This document shows, in pieces, positions 16,839 through 32,949 of a stretch of DNA of 44,081 nt. A model generated the notes under the pieces. It ran no database searches. It saw only the letters and a list, made by a program, of their open reading frames with translations, and had not been told where the DNA came from. The stretch is from positions 1,178,001 to 1,222,081 of the forward strand of contig NW_026515672.1 in assembly GCF_025526975.1 (NCBI RefSeq), written 5' to 3'. The first letter of the stretch is position 1; every line of letters begins with the position of its first letter. A program made the position numbers and the translations under genes. Source of the stretch: Fimicolochytrium jonesii. Taxonomy: Eukaryota.

Positions 16839-17612
16839 ATTTGATAGAATGTAGATGTATGGGTAGTATGAGGGTAGAGAACGATGAATCGGGATACTGT
16901 TACGGCTTATGGGTAGCAATAGGTGCCTCAAGACGGAGGGTACCATTTTCTATATGAGATTGCATAGGTTCCAAACGACAAGAACCGCACGTGATTGAAC
17001 AAAAAACGAAGGAAAATCCAGTCCAAAGAACATCCCACCCATGTCGCTGCTTTCAAATACATAGGGTTGTGTTGTCGCATCAGCGGTGGTCCGGAGTCGT
17101 CCGTTCCAACCATTTCTTTCCGATTTTCCTTTTCCAGGACAGGGTCGGCAGGTCGTTATGCGGGTAGGTGGGCTGCTCAAGGACCCGTCTACTACACTGC
17201 CTCCACATTCCGTCCAATGCCTACTTTTTTCCGTCCACGCGTGGGTCACAGACGTCTGACTCAGCCAGGTAATCGCCCCCCCTGCTGCGATGAGACGGTC
17301 ACCAGGGCGGGTGTTGCCCGGCCCACTCATCGAGCATCCTCTGTGGCTCCTGTCGTAGGCGTGGCCGCAATGGGCGAGACGAGATTAGCTACCATTTGAG
17401 GGCTGGAGGGAATGTCGTCGTGACGGGATTTGCGCGGTCGGAGGTAGGAACTGCGTTTGCAGGTGTGAACGGTGGCGAAGGTGTTTGAACCCGGGTGTGC
17501 GCTGGTGTCGGTGTCTTTCGTCGATGACGTTCGCCTTCCTTTTCGACTACGGGGAGGACAATGCCTCCCAATGTCCACACAGATTGATCCCCCTCTCCAT
17601 CCATTCCTCAAC

Positions 17613-18443
17613 TCAAAGCTTAACAGCCGCATTCCTCAACTCGAGATACATCTGCACATGCTGCGGCTGCAACGTGCGTATGAACTGGTACACGTCGCTG
17701 TTGTGGTACCGGAGGGATGTTTTAGGGTCCGTGTAGGGTGCCTGAAGCGATTATAATATTTTGAGGGGGATGTAGATGGTGGGATGAGGGAGGTATGGGG
17801 GATGTGACGTACCTCGAGCCCGGTGATATCGCAGTACTTCTTTTGGGGCATGAGGGAGGGTGGGGCTTGGATGCTCCAGTCTACGATCAAAACCGAAGCC
17901 CCTGAATCAGGCCCCACCTTCTTTCAGCCAACGTTCTTCTCACAAAATCTCCACTCACAAGTAGGAAAATCGACCCCAACATCCATCATCCTCTCCAAAG
18001 CGGCCATCTGCTTCAACTTCTTGATTGCCTTCGGGGGCACATAACTCGCGCTTTTGAATGGCTTCGCGACGCTGCTGATTTCCAGGCGTTGGACGACCTC
18101 TGCGGTGCTGATGGCCTGTTGTACTTGCGGATTATGGCGGGTGGAGGGTGGGTCGGAGGAGCGGCGCGAGTGGGGAGGGGAGGAGGTGGGGGTTGCCGTG
18201 TCGTCGAGCTGTGAAGGGTGAGGTGGGGGTGAGTGTGAGATTGGGGTCAGGAATGAGAGGAGAGGATCCTTGCTCATACCTTTGCGCGCTTGGCGGCTGG
18301 ACCACCGCTGGATCGGGAGGTTTTGTTAGATTTCGCCCTGTGGATGACTGACTGGTGAGATGGGGGTTCGCTGGGACATTCAACCAAACGCGCCGGCATG
18401 GAAATGCTGGCACGACGACGGGCGCTCACGAGCCAACCTACAT
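17613..18443 (-). CDS. IES6: INO80 complex subunit Ies6/INO80C (YL1-C domain); exons 18443-18442 (inferred), 18337-18280, 18208-17959, 17880-17813, 17741-17613
   Basis: KPFKS..[56 protein letters not shown] is the Ies6 signature; start codon position uncertain. Confidence 0.92.
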
Positions 18444-21400
18444 GTTTCAGCGTTGAAGGAAGACTCTGAACAGGTCTCACGAGTTGGTAGGGGTCAAGCG
18501 GGCGTGCTCTGTGGGGGTTCAAGCGAGTCCATCGTCGGTCCGTCGGAGGAGTCTCCTCTAGTCTCCTTCACGCGTTGCTGGCCATCGGAGAGCACGTGAC
18601 CGCCCCGTTGTTGTCCGTATAAAAAGGGCGCCCCCGTTTTCTTCTCCTCGCCATCTCAAAGCGTTTGTTGAGAGGTTCCCCTGTTCAAGTTCTTGGTCGA
18701 TAGTAGGAAGGAGCTTCACGGTCCGTACGTACCATCCGTTGCCTCGGTAAGTTCAGCGTCGCCCACCATAGCACACTCACAGACAATAGCTGGGGGAAAC
18801 GGCGTGGAAAGCGGAAAGGAGGGACACTCCATTCCATGCGGCGCGAGATGACTGCTTTGCCGCCCCAGGCGGAAACCATAGTGTCGATAGAATAAGCGTT
18901 ATTTCTGACTTGTCTGATGCCCAAAAACACACCACCACGGAGGACGGACTACACTCTGTTACCACTCTTTTGCTCCTTTGCAAACGCTTGCGCTGGATAC
19001 CTAGGCCCAAATCTATCGAGATGTGGTACTCATGTTCTTTCCTCTCCTCCGTTATTGCGCACAACAGGCTATCGCTCGTCACTACCGCCAAGGCATTCGC
19101 TGCACTATCGGAGTGCATCACAACAGGTAAGCTTCTGAACATAGCATAGCCCCACACCCCAATCTCCTGCCCTCACCCGGCGCCGTCAACGATGAGACAC
19201 TTCATGCACCACGCTTAGGGGCCGTAGGCTCTGAGGCTGAGAAAACTGAAAACACCATAGAAACTTTCTGAGATATGCCCCCAAAACATGTGGGGACGGC
19301 GCCATGAACTGTGTGCGGGATGTCTCGCCCTTGGTTTATGTGTTTCTCGTTCAGTTGTTGACCCTTTTCCCTTCCATTCTGTTTGTTTTGAAGGTTGTAG
19401 GTGAGTCGAAACGATAGTACCCCGGTAGATCAGTGTATCAGTGGATCGGTGAGCGGTATGGGTAGATAGATAGTTTCCGCCCGTGGTGGCCAGATAACTG
19501 GATGTGTACTTGTTCCTATCGCTTCGAAGACCTTCAATATCAATGCATTGCTTTCACGGTTCACGACGGGTCTCTGATCTGTATATGTATGTGCGGGAGT
19601 GGACGTCGGGAGTGCATATGTACTTGGGGTCCCGGCGACGACCTTGGTTTCCCGGAAAGGGAGACGGGCTCGAGATGCAAGTTTGCGTCTCCCCGGTTCA
19701 AACTTGTTCCTTTTGAAGTCCGGCTTTTGGAAACTCGGACACAGCCAAGAAACCGTGGCCCCCTTGTCGACTCTTCTTCGTCCGTTTCCCACAAACCCCA
19801 CCAGGGCCCAGCAACATAAAAGCGTCAGGAAGAGGAGCGCCTGCCGAGAATCTATAGGCGTCTCCATATTTGCGCTTGAAAGAACCAGGGGCTGACGCGA
19901 TCCTCGCATTTGATCTCGACCTTCCACTCCCTCCCTAGTGGCTAGCATGCAGGAACCCTCTCGCTCAAGTCGGATCAGCAACAAGAGGAAGGAGGCTTCC
20001 ATGGAGTCGATGAAGGAGCTTGCCGTTCTTTCGGTGCATATCAAAAAACGTCGCTTCTATAGAGACTACGCTGAGCGATGAGAGCTGTTGCTGGTAATGT
20101 CGTAGGATTGGGATCAGCGGCAACTTTTATTAGGAGAAAGCTTCCTGTCCAAGAATCCTAGAGACGGTATAGGAAAATAACCGGGATAGTTTAGCAAGCG
20201 GCGGAGGAAAAGAGGAACATCAACCAGGCGCACGCCGCTAGCGCGGTTGCTATGCCGGAGGGAGTAAGCCCAAGACCCTAGCGTCTAGCGGTGCGACTTT
20301 CTATGGTCATGTTATGCGGGGAATCCGCCATTTCGAATTTGGGATGTGGCCTTGCGGACTGGGCTGTGGAGATACAAGCGGGCTGGCGGAAGCCATCATC
20401 GCAGACGAGGCGGGGCGCAGCACTCGACGAGAAGTTGAAGGGTTCATTATAACCAGAGAGCCGGGGAGCAGGAAGCGGAAAGAAGGAAGACCCTCAGAAG
20501 GAGTGTTGGCAAGGGACCTAGGAAAGAACGACTCCACGTTACGCTGGTATACGCCTTTTTATTGTACGGCAGGCCGAACCCGATAACGGCAAGACTCTGA
20601 TTCTTCAAGGCGGCACTCGAAATCATTATGAGTAATGTAAAGCACTTTGTGGGCGGATATCTGTGGAAGGACGATCCGCATGACGCTGTTGGAAGTGGCG
20701 GTGGTCTGAAGGGTACGTCGGTACGTGGGCCCCAGGCGACAACACACCTGTTAGCGGCGAAAATAGCGGCGAGCAGAGGGAGCGATGGGGCCCCTCGTCC
20801 CATCCTCGTCACAGCACTTTCTACGGTACCTTGGCCATCGACTTCTCAAAAGGGACGTATCCGAAACGAGACACAACGCTCCGCCTGGGTCAAACTGGAT
20901 GTTTGTTGCAGTTGGCAATCACAGATGTTAGGGGCAGCGACGCCGCTTACAACGACGCTGCCGACATCGATTCCACCAACAAAGACTCATTAACGCAGCT
21001 GGCCTCGGACGTAGGCGCATTGTCAAACACTGTCCGGTGTGTTGCTCAGTTACATTGGCCGCTGTGAAGGGGACCATCAGCATCACGCTTATTGAGTGGA
21101 GACATGGGCCTTTGCTTGCTGCCATCTGCCACCTATTTTCAGACAGGGTGGAGGAAGGGAGTCTTTTGGGATGCCGTATACAGTACTGTTTCGCTGCCTT
21201 CTTTGTCCAAATTACAGCCGGTCTTGCCATCCTATAAATGCGCGGGTTGGGTGAATGCCACTGTCCTGCTGTTCCTGCGTGTTGGACTTCGACGTTGCTG
21301 GCGCGTAGATTGAATGCGTTGGCGATGCTTACCTCACGCGTCGCGGTTGAAACATTTCGGACAGCCATTTCGGACATTCAAATATGCCCATTTTCCTTCC

Positions 21401-22285
21401 AAGTCGTTGATTCTAGAATTCCGGATGAATGTGAGCTCTGTGAGCCAGATCATCAGAATGATGCAATATCAGAGCCGTTGAAGAGCATGCATGCCACATC
21501 ATAGCAGCTACGTTCTCTTCATTGGATGAACGACCCATTGGCATGGCAGAAAGTCGCTAGGGAGTGGCTAAGAAATTCATGAATTTGAGGCAATCGGTGT
21601 GAACATCAAAGTCATGGCTGAATTTTCAATGCACGGCAATGGGAGCAGCGGTAGCTTCCTGAGTTTTCAAGGAAAGTACTCGATGCTTCAGGTAAAGTAT
21701 TCGATGCGGAGGAACATACTCCGGCCACTTTTCCCACAGTCCTGTTCATTCAACAACTCCCAGGCAACCGTACGGGACAAAGGGAGGAGATTCGGACTGG
21801 GACTGGCTGAACACGATAACATCGACTTGTGAAGTCTGAAGTCTGAAGTTTGAAGGAGAGTGTCACGCTGAAGAAGAGGCGCTGAATGTGACGTTCTTGG
21901 TGCTGTTCAACTTTAACGCCAGCTTAGGTAATAAACCCTAACCCTAACCATAACGCGTTCGCCCGCGGGACCTTGGGCAGACGAAGAGCCGCCGACGTTA
22001 TAGGCGATAGCCTTTGTCATGTTGACGTGGGAATTGTGAATTGTGAGAAGAGCGAGCTGCCGACAAGCAGAAGGCCCCGCAAAGGCATGGAAAACACAGG
22101 ATATAATTTCGTGCCCTCCAACAATCTCCAAGAGGGCCAAGAGGTAGATAGAGCAACCAAAGGAGGAAGCTCTTCCTCAGGTTCTTCAACGCTTCTATTC
22201 CGGAATCGCACCCGCCGGTAACACGAGGAGGAGCAAGTTTCTCGCTCCTCACCCGCAAAAATGGATGATGTCACCCGACAAGTAA

Positions 22286-23781
22286 ATGCCAGCCCCCCGC
22301 TACACTCCTCACGCACCTCACCATCTCATCCCCACCTCTCCCCAACAGTGGCTCGAACCCCTCTGGTGCGACTTCCGTCTCCAAACCTGGTCCTGCACCG
22401 ACTCCACTCTCTGGACAACTGTATTCATAATCCACTCAATATGGGCCTTCCTCCTCTTCCTCATGGGCCTATGGATCGTCGTGAAGAAGATCGGGCAGCT
22501 ACGTGAAAAAGGGCTCGGTATCTTTGAGGTGTGCGATGGAGCGGTGAGACCGCGCGCGGCAGAGGCGTTGCTTGTGACGGCTGCCGCGCATATTTTGGGA
22601 CGGGGGGCGCATACGACGGTGGTGCTGGCTGGGGGGTTTGGGAGTTGGGCTGTTGGTGAGATTCTTGTAAGTGTTCGGGCGGGAACTGCTATGATTGGGG
22701 GCATCAAATTGATCTGAGGTCTTTCTTGCTGATTGCCAGTTCGATATTCCGTGGGTGATTCTTTTCGACGGCGCGGTGTTTTACGTTATTGGAATGTAAG
22801 AAACGTCCCCCGTTGCGTGTTCCCTCGTAGCATTCCTGGTGGCGGGCCCGGGTACAATTTTCCAAAACAGCCAATCCCTCATCCTCCCACCCGTCACAGA
22901 ATCTACGGCACACCCCGACACCGCCTCGTCGGCTCCTCAACCCAATCCGAGCGTCTCCCCTCCCCGCGCATCCTCAACCTCCTCCTCTTCCTCCTCACCC
23001 TCCTCCCCTCCACTACCCTTCCCCTCACCGCCTACCTCAGCGGCTGGGGGCGCGACACAGCCCAAGTGCACTGGGCAGTGACGTTCACCCAAATCCACTA
23101 CGTCCTCTGGGGCGTCTACTGCATTGCCCTCTCCGGGCTGCTGCTGCATTTTGGGCTGAAGCTGATTGGAATTTTGAGGGAGAATAGTGGCACGATGAAG
23201 GTGTTGACGGAGCAGGTGGAGTTGTCCCATACGAATTTAGAGGGGAGTGCTGGGGAGGAGTTTCGGAGGACGTTGATTACGGTAAGTAGTGTCTGTGTTT
23301 AGAGGTGCTTTGTCCTCACAGTTCTGATCCGCCAATTGGGTCTAGCTCATCATTACCGTAGGGTGCATGATAACAATGGTCATGGGATCTAGCATAGTCC
23401 TGCTCGCCTACGCCTTCCGCCGGATCGAGATCCACAACAGCTTCCCGCTCTCTCTACTCATCGGGTTCACGTGGATGTTCATGATGCCCCTGTGCCTTAC
23501 ACCGATATTCATCGTCACGATCTACGGGTTGGTGCTTGAATGTTTTCACGTCTCCTTGCCGCACGTGCGGCTTACCGATCTTTCTCATTAGGATGCTTCG
23601 AACAAAGAAAGAGATAAAAGCCCACCAAGATTCGATAGAGAAGAGCGGGTCGCGATCTAATCCGGGGCAAAGGGCTGATGCCAGGAGGGCTTCGGTGAGG
23701 CCGGGGGCTGAAGCTAGGAGGGCTTCGATGAAGCCGAAGTTTGTAGATACGGCGCGCACTGATTTTGATGAGGTGCTTTGA
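22286..23781 (+). CDS. Seven-transmembrane GPCR-like membrane protein (exons 22286-22666, 22740-22795, 22900-23281, 23346-23527, 23592-23781)
   Basis: Spliced product has seven hydrophobic segments, an N-terminal CDFRLQTWSC Cys pair and a basic cytoplasmic tail; all intron phases are consistent. Receptor class not determinable. Confidence 0.8.
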
Positions 23782-24259
23782 GTGACTGCCTTTTGCAGCA
23801 CAATCGTTCTAGGGATAGGTGGAGGACAGGGGCATGGCGCGATTGATCAGACGTAGTAGAAAGGATAAAGCGGGGGGGGAAACGGAAACGGTGAAGCGAA
23901 CGGCGAAGACAATATGTGTTCCTACTGGGTTTCCTCGCACGCGGGAGGACGAACTCACCTCGGCGGAGTCCCTTATCCGAGCGTCCCGGTCGTTGTGAGA
24001 ACTTCAGTACTGCCTCAGAATACTGATCAGAATAGCTGCGGTCAGAATAGACGCGCGAGGAGGGCAGGAGGGCTGCGCGTGGGAACTCGTCCCAACCCTT
24101 GCACGTTTTGGACTATTGATAAAACACCCGGCTCATCTTGCCTACGGGTCGTTCGACTAGACGCACATAGGATAATACTACTGTACTTTCCGCTAGGGGT
24201 TTCTCGAGGCGACAGACAGGAGGCCGGGACACGCCGTCCCTTTTCTACGGAGAGAGATC

Positions 24260-27200
24260 ATGTTGTCCGGCGTAAGGATGAGCGCACCTGAGGAGCCGCA
24301 GCAGAAGGTTGCTCCCTCCAAGCCAGCCCAACTACCAAGCACCCTTTCTCATGCCGTTGGCGATGCTCGGATACGGCCCACTGGCGCTCAAGACAGTGAA
24401 CGGGATTGGAAGGAGGCCTCGCAGGCAAGTCTTCAACGTGACTGCGCACAGTGGAGGGATATTGAACTAACATCCTTTGGCGTCTCGCTAAACAGGAATG
24501 TCACAATGCATGGCTCGACTTTATCTTGGAGAATGGTGTTGCTGTTCAAAGGTCGTTTGGCAGCAGTTTGCCTTGTCTTCCTCGTACGTCATTACACGCG
24601 TTAACGGCCGATGATCTACGACAATGGCGAGAACAGCTCAGACACGGAGACCCTGACTTCAGCAACGCTGAACCGTCTCCAAGATATCATGAGTGGCTAC
24701 CGGGAGCATATTCAGAAGGCTTCGCGGATTAACAAGTGAGTTGACGTCAGTTGTGTCGCGTCCTATGGACTTTCTACTCACGCAGATCTAAGACATCGCA
24801 TTATGCGGAATGCAGTGACTGTGTTCGCCTCGCAGGTCGCTGGGATTCTGTCAAACGGGGATGTGTTTGAACCCGCTGTTTTGGATACGAATGTAAAGCG
24901 GGCGGAAGCTACCATGTAACGTCAACGCAGCACTGTGGTTCTTGCTTTTGGAGTGGAACTCATGGGTCTGGCAACAGTGATGATTGGATACAACGAAGTT
25001 TGGGCATCAAGATTGCGGACAGTACACATGTTCGAGCGTGCGCTCCGCAGGGAAGCTACGAGACTGTGAAGTCGGGTATGGGGTGCTTGATATCACGAAT
25101 GTTGCGGTCTTCCCCCAACCCCCTACTGAACCTACGCGGCAGCCCTGAACACTGCTCTGAATGCCGCACAAACAAACACCACCTTACCGGACCCGGTCAT
25201 TTACATTACGGACGATGTGCAAGCCAAAGCCCTCGAGTACGCATTAACTACCAGCATGGTGAAGCTGCGCAAGAACGCCAACGCGTCCGTGCGAAGAGGT
25301 ACACTCATTGTTCTCCGTTCCCACTTCCGCATCACATGACTATAACGGGCACGCTCAATCCTGTTCTTCCGATAGTTCCTACTCTACCCGACGGCGACAG
25401 CATGGACTTGAAAGCGCTGGAAAACCTCATCGTGGAAGACATCGCCAACAGACGACGCCCGTTTTTTGTCGTCGCTAGACTTTTCAGCTACGTGACTGAG
25501 GAGGTGTCTGATCTGGATGCGTTGAGGAGGTTGTGTGATTCCGAGGGTTTATGGCTTCATGTCGAAGGGTGGGTTTACTTATCATTCCGCGTGGAGCAAG
25601 CCTCAAACAGCGGCTGATAATCACATGTTTCAGAAATTTCGGACCACCGATATCCAACCGCGCATGCAATTACTACCCCAGCGAAGCAGTCGAATCCACC
25701 GCAAACTCGTATGCGATCCACTTCGCGCAGTTCTTTGGACACCTGCCTGTTCCCTCCATCGTACGTAGCGATTCTCTCCATCCATTACTTCTTCTCGAAC
25801 TGACCGTTCCTTTCTAGGTCCTATCACACAGATCGCACTCAGATCACCGTCGAGAGATCCACGAAGACTTGCGTCCACCGTCTTCCAAAGTGGTAGCATT
25901 GCATGCGGATCCCGCGTCGGGGAGACTGGAGCCGACGGAGCATCTGTATCCGGCGCTACAGCTTGCCAATAATCATGAGGATGCCCATAAATTGCAGTGC
26001 ACGCTGGCGCTGTTTGTGGCTACGCAGGTGCTTTCCTTGGAGTATTTTATGGCTGAGTTCAATTTGCGGTGGCATGCTGTACGTGATGAAAATCCTATCA
26101 GCTTTGTCAAATCTCGCCTATGGTGAACTTTCAACACGCTAATGCACATCGAACATAGCTTGAGACGTTCACAGAGCAAGTACACCGATCGCCTTCCCTC
26201 AAGCTCCTCTCGGACACATGCCACAGCTCGTTGTTGATCCGGTTCGACTCTGGGGACGCGGGCTCGCCGACCGTGGATACTTCAGCGGTCTCGTTAAACC
26301 GCGGAACCAAACATGTGCGTAGACATCTTAGCGATCATAAAGGCATGCGAAAATGGCTCACCTGGTTGTATCCGACTCCAGATATACCTTGAGATGCTAC
26401 GTGCGTTACCCCGCCATCCCGCCTTTGATCTCCTCGGCATCTCGTCCACGTTATATATTAGATGGTCCCTCTTTCCCCACGATCCCCGTACGTGCAATTG
26501 CATTACCCACATCCCTTCAACCTCTCACTCACACACTTCCCGCAGTCACCACAGCCGAGGACCCCACCCCAGCCGCCCACCTCTCCCTAATCCTCTCGGA
26601 AGCGGAAAACATCCACACCGCCATCTCACTGCAAGACGCCTTCCGACAAGCGGTCAACACGCGGAAAGAACTGGAATTTATAGAGGATAGCGCGAATACG
26701 CCCTCGGGTGCGAATGAGGAGACGGGGGAGGTGGCCCAGGTGGAGGATGATTGGATTGGGTTGGGGGCTGTTAGGTGAGTGGGGGCTATCAGTAGAAACA
26801 GGCGATGCCAAAACCTCGCGTGGGTGCTGAGCAAGAAATTCTCTTTTCTTAGGTACACACCCCTCTACATCGACACCAACGCCGACTCGATCGCGACGGA
26901 AGTCGTCGACAATCTTGATGGGCTTAACTCTGAATTGACCGAGAAACTGCAACTCGCCCACGCCGACGAGACGAATAGAGGGCTGTTTACGAGATCGTTT
27001 GCGTTGTCCGAGTACCTCCCCTCGGCGCTGCGGAGCGGGAGCGGGGCGTGTGTGCGGGTTGGGTTGGTAGGTTTTTCTGTTAAGGGGGACGAGTGCGGAT
27101 TTTGCATCGGGGTTTCTTTCAATTGACAGGCTTTTGGTAGACGCGTGAACCGCATACGACGGTTGGGATTCAGAGGATTGTGGATGCGATCGTGAGGGAG

Positions 27201-28692
27201 GGGATGTTGTTGGAGCGTGATTCTGCGGTAAGTAAGGGCTACCGTTTCAGATGCGTGTAAGTAGAGGTATGTACGTGCGCACGTGGCTCATGCTTTCGTT
27301 TAGTTTGTCGCACGCATTGCGGACGTGATCAAGAAGGGCATCGAGGAAGCGGAACGACAGCTGCAGAACGAGTCGGAAGAGGAGGTAAGAGCCACATCTC
27401 CCTTTCTCATCACCTCCAAAGGATAGCCCCTCGCTCACCTTGAACCCGCGGGATTTTAGCAACCAAGCCTCCTCCGCATGCTCCCGCTAGTCGGCTCGGT
27501 CCTCTCCTGGTGGCGCCCCGAAACGCCCAAAAACCGCGTCCCGGTAGCCCGCACATTCTCCATCGCCACGGGGTTCACCACCATCCCGCTCGTGGACGCG
27601 CCCGCGTCTTCGCGGCCGAGTATCTCGTTGAGCAGGATGTCATCGCTATTTGGGAATGGTGGGTTTGGAGGGGCGGGGATGTTGTCGCCTGCGATATCGA
27701 GTTTGTCGACGACGAGTGGGGATGAGGGGATGGAGGAGTTGGGAAAGTCGTTTGAGGGGTTGCAGAGGGACGATGGCGGCGGGGATGGTCGGTTAGGGAG
27801 GGTAGATGAGACCGTTGCTGCTGTTGCTGCGGATGTTGTTGCGTCGCCGATCGGTGGAGGACCTACTCCCGTGGTGAACGTTGACCCCAAACCGGAGGTG
27901 GAGTTCGAGGCTAGCACTCCGGTCAAAGATGCGGAAAGGAAACACGTCCCGGTGGACGCAGTGGGTGAACATCAAGCCAGTGAATCCAATGGCCAGGACG
28001 CAATCATCACAGAACGACCACTCCCAGACCCGCAAGCGGATCTGACACCCAATGAAAACAACAGAGCAGCAACGCCTCCACCGCACACCTCCACTCCAAC
28101 GGTCAACACGCCGCCATTCTCATCGGCCGCCCCTTCAATCCAACCACACTCATCCGAAACAACCGCCCCACCACCCGACCGCGCTCAAACCCAATTCGCA
28201 AACCTAATCAAGAAAACCCGGTTCGGCGAGGCCAGCACCAACCCCATCACCACCCATACCCATACCCACTCCAACACCCAAACCAAATCACCCGCCCACT
28301 CAACCCGATCCTCCCAACCCTCCTCGGGCCGCGCGACGCCTGTTGAGGGTGCGGGGAGGGACACGGATGTGGGGAATGGGACCGTTACGGTGGAGCAGGT
28401 GACGGATGAGATGCTGGAGGAGGGCGTGCGGGGGTTGTTGGAGGAGTATGGTAAGTTTTCCGGAATCTCTGACACCCCTTCCCCGTTTATCTGTCTCTGT
28501 CCAAACCCCCCCCCCCCCCCCCCCCCCCTCACTCATATATTCTTCCTGCAATTGGTAGAAGGCAAACTAGACCAACTCAACAACCGCAAAGTCCGCATGC
28601 ACCTCCAGGACCGCTTCGGCGGCGTTGATTTGAAACCCCGGATTTCGGCCATTAGGGAGATGGTGGATCGGTGTTTGGAGGAGCGCGGGTAG
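24260..28692 (+). CDS. PDXDC1: PDXDC1-like pyridoxal-dependent decarboxylase-domain protein with C-terminal DEK-C domain, multi-exon
   Basis: MDLKALENLIVEDIANRRRP, DLDALRRLCDSEGLWLHVEG, GLGAVRY and IKKGIEEAERQLQNE..LLRMLPLVGSVLSWW match recalled PDXDC1 motifs; tail VTDEMLEEGVRGLL..KLDQLNNRKVRMHLQDRFGGVDLKPRISAIREMVD is DEK-C-like. 5' exon structure approximate. Confidence 0.82.
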
Positions 28693-28915
28693 CGCATCGT
28701 CGCCTCCGAGCATATACCCACACGCTCGTACGGACCTCATGGGACGCTGGAACCCGTATTTTGGGATTCATTAATGTGAACTGCAGAACGGACTTTGAAA
28801 TGTACGCCACCCGCCCTTCTCCGTTCCTCTTGTGTACTATTTATTCTATGTAAATGTGATTGGCGGATTCTTGTGATTGTGCAGTCCGGCCTAGGCCGTG
28901 TGAATTTGAAGCTAT

Positions 28916-28973
28916 TAAACACTAGATTCCCGTCAAGGCACCAGTAAACACTAGATTCCCGTCAAGGCACCAG
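28916..28973. repeat. Perfect tandem duplication, 2 x 29 bp (TAAACACTAGATTCCCGTCAAGGCACCAG)
   Basis: Identical copies at 28916-28944 and 28945-28973 between the convergent 3' ends of PDXDC1-like and CDC48. Confidence 0.95.
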
Positions 28974-29194
28974 TTTCCATTTTCAAAAAATTTACAAACA
29001 AACGGGTTTTACAGGTAGAAAGGCCGGTTTACAGATACAAAGCAAAAGCAAACACAAGGAGAGGTGGAATATTTGCAAAGCGGGGTGTAAAAAGACGGCC
29101 GAGAACACCAACCCAAACAAGAAGGAAAGGAGGACAGTAAAGGACTAATAATCACATCACACGACGGGGCGTCGACCGATGATGCACGCGTTGT

Positions 29195-32278
<3,084 letters not shown>

Positions 32279-32949
32279 GACTGAGCTGGGAGTTTGTATA
32301 TCTAGCGCTGTTACAAGCTGTGATTGGCGAGATTAAGGAATGAGAGTCGGATGCAGTTTGTGGGTTTGTGGGTGGTTGTCTGAGTTGCAGGGTGGGAAAA
32401 TGGGCACAGGCGCGCTTTATGGATTGCTTGTGGGAGAGCAGGGGGGCGACTGTGCTCTGTGCGGTAGTTAGTTATCCTTTCTTTAGACAAGCTGGGTCTC
32501 GTGTGGAATGGCTTTTGCTTAGCGCGCAGCTTAGACCGCAGCAAGTTCGTTGATGGCAATGATTAGGGGATCGATTATTGAGATGACAAACCTCAATTTT
32601 AACCACGTCAACGGGGCTCCTGGGTGCGCTGCTCGCATATAGAAGGACGAGGAAAGGCCCCTCGCGCACCCATTAGAAATCGAGTGCGGACCTCACACAA
32701 AGACGGTTCTGAGGGTCGTCTCAAATGGAAGCCCCCCAATCCTGTAGGTGCGCCGCCAGTCAGATACCGGCTTCCGCACCCAATTCGGAGAAGGCGAGAA
32801 TTGCCCAAGCACATCAGTGTCTGGCTCCGTACCCCCCATCACTCATCACAGCTACCGCCCACACTCCACATGCCATGGTTCAGAACCCGCTGATCCAGGA
32901 CCACACAACGCAGCGTCCCCGACGTACGAGTAGGTCACCACCTCGCAAG

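Noticed and set aside
19430..20044. 204-aa minus-strand ORF
   Set aside because: Non-ATG start, no recognisable motif, no supporting splice structure.
20196..20230. GCGGAGGAAAAGA resembling the 5' end of LSU rRNA
   Set aside because: 13-nt match only; flanks do not continue the rRNA sequence.
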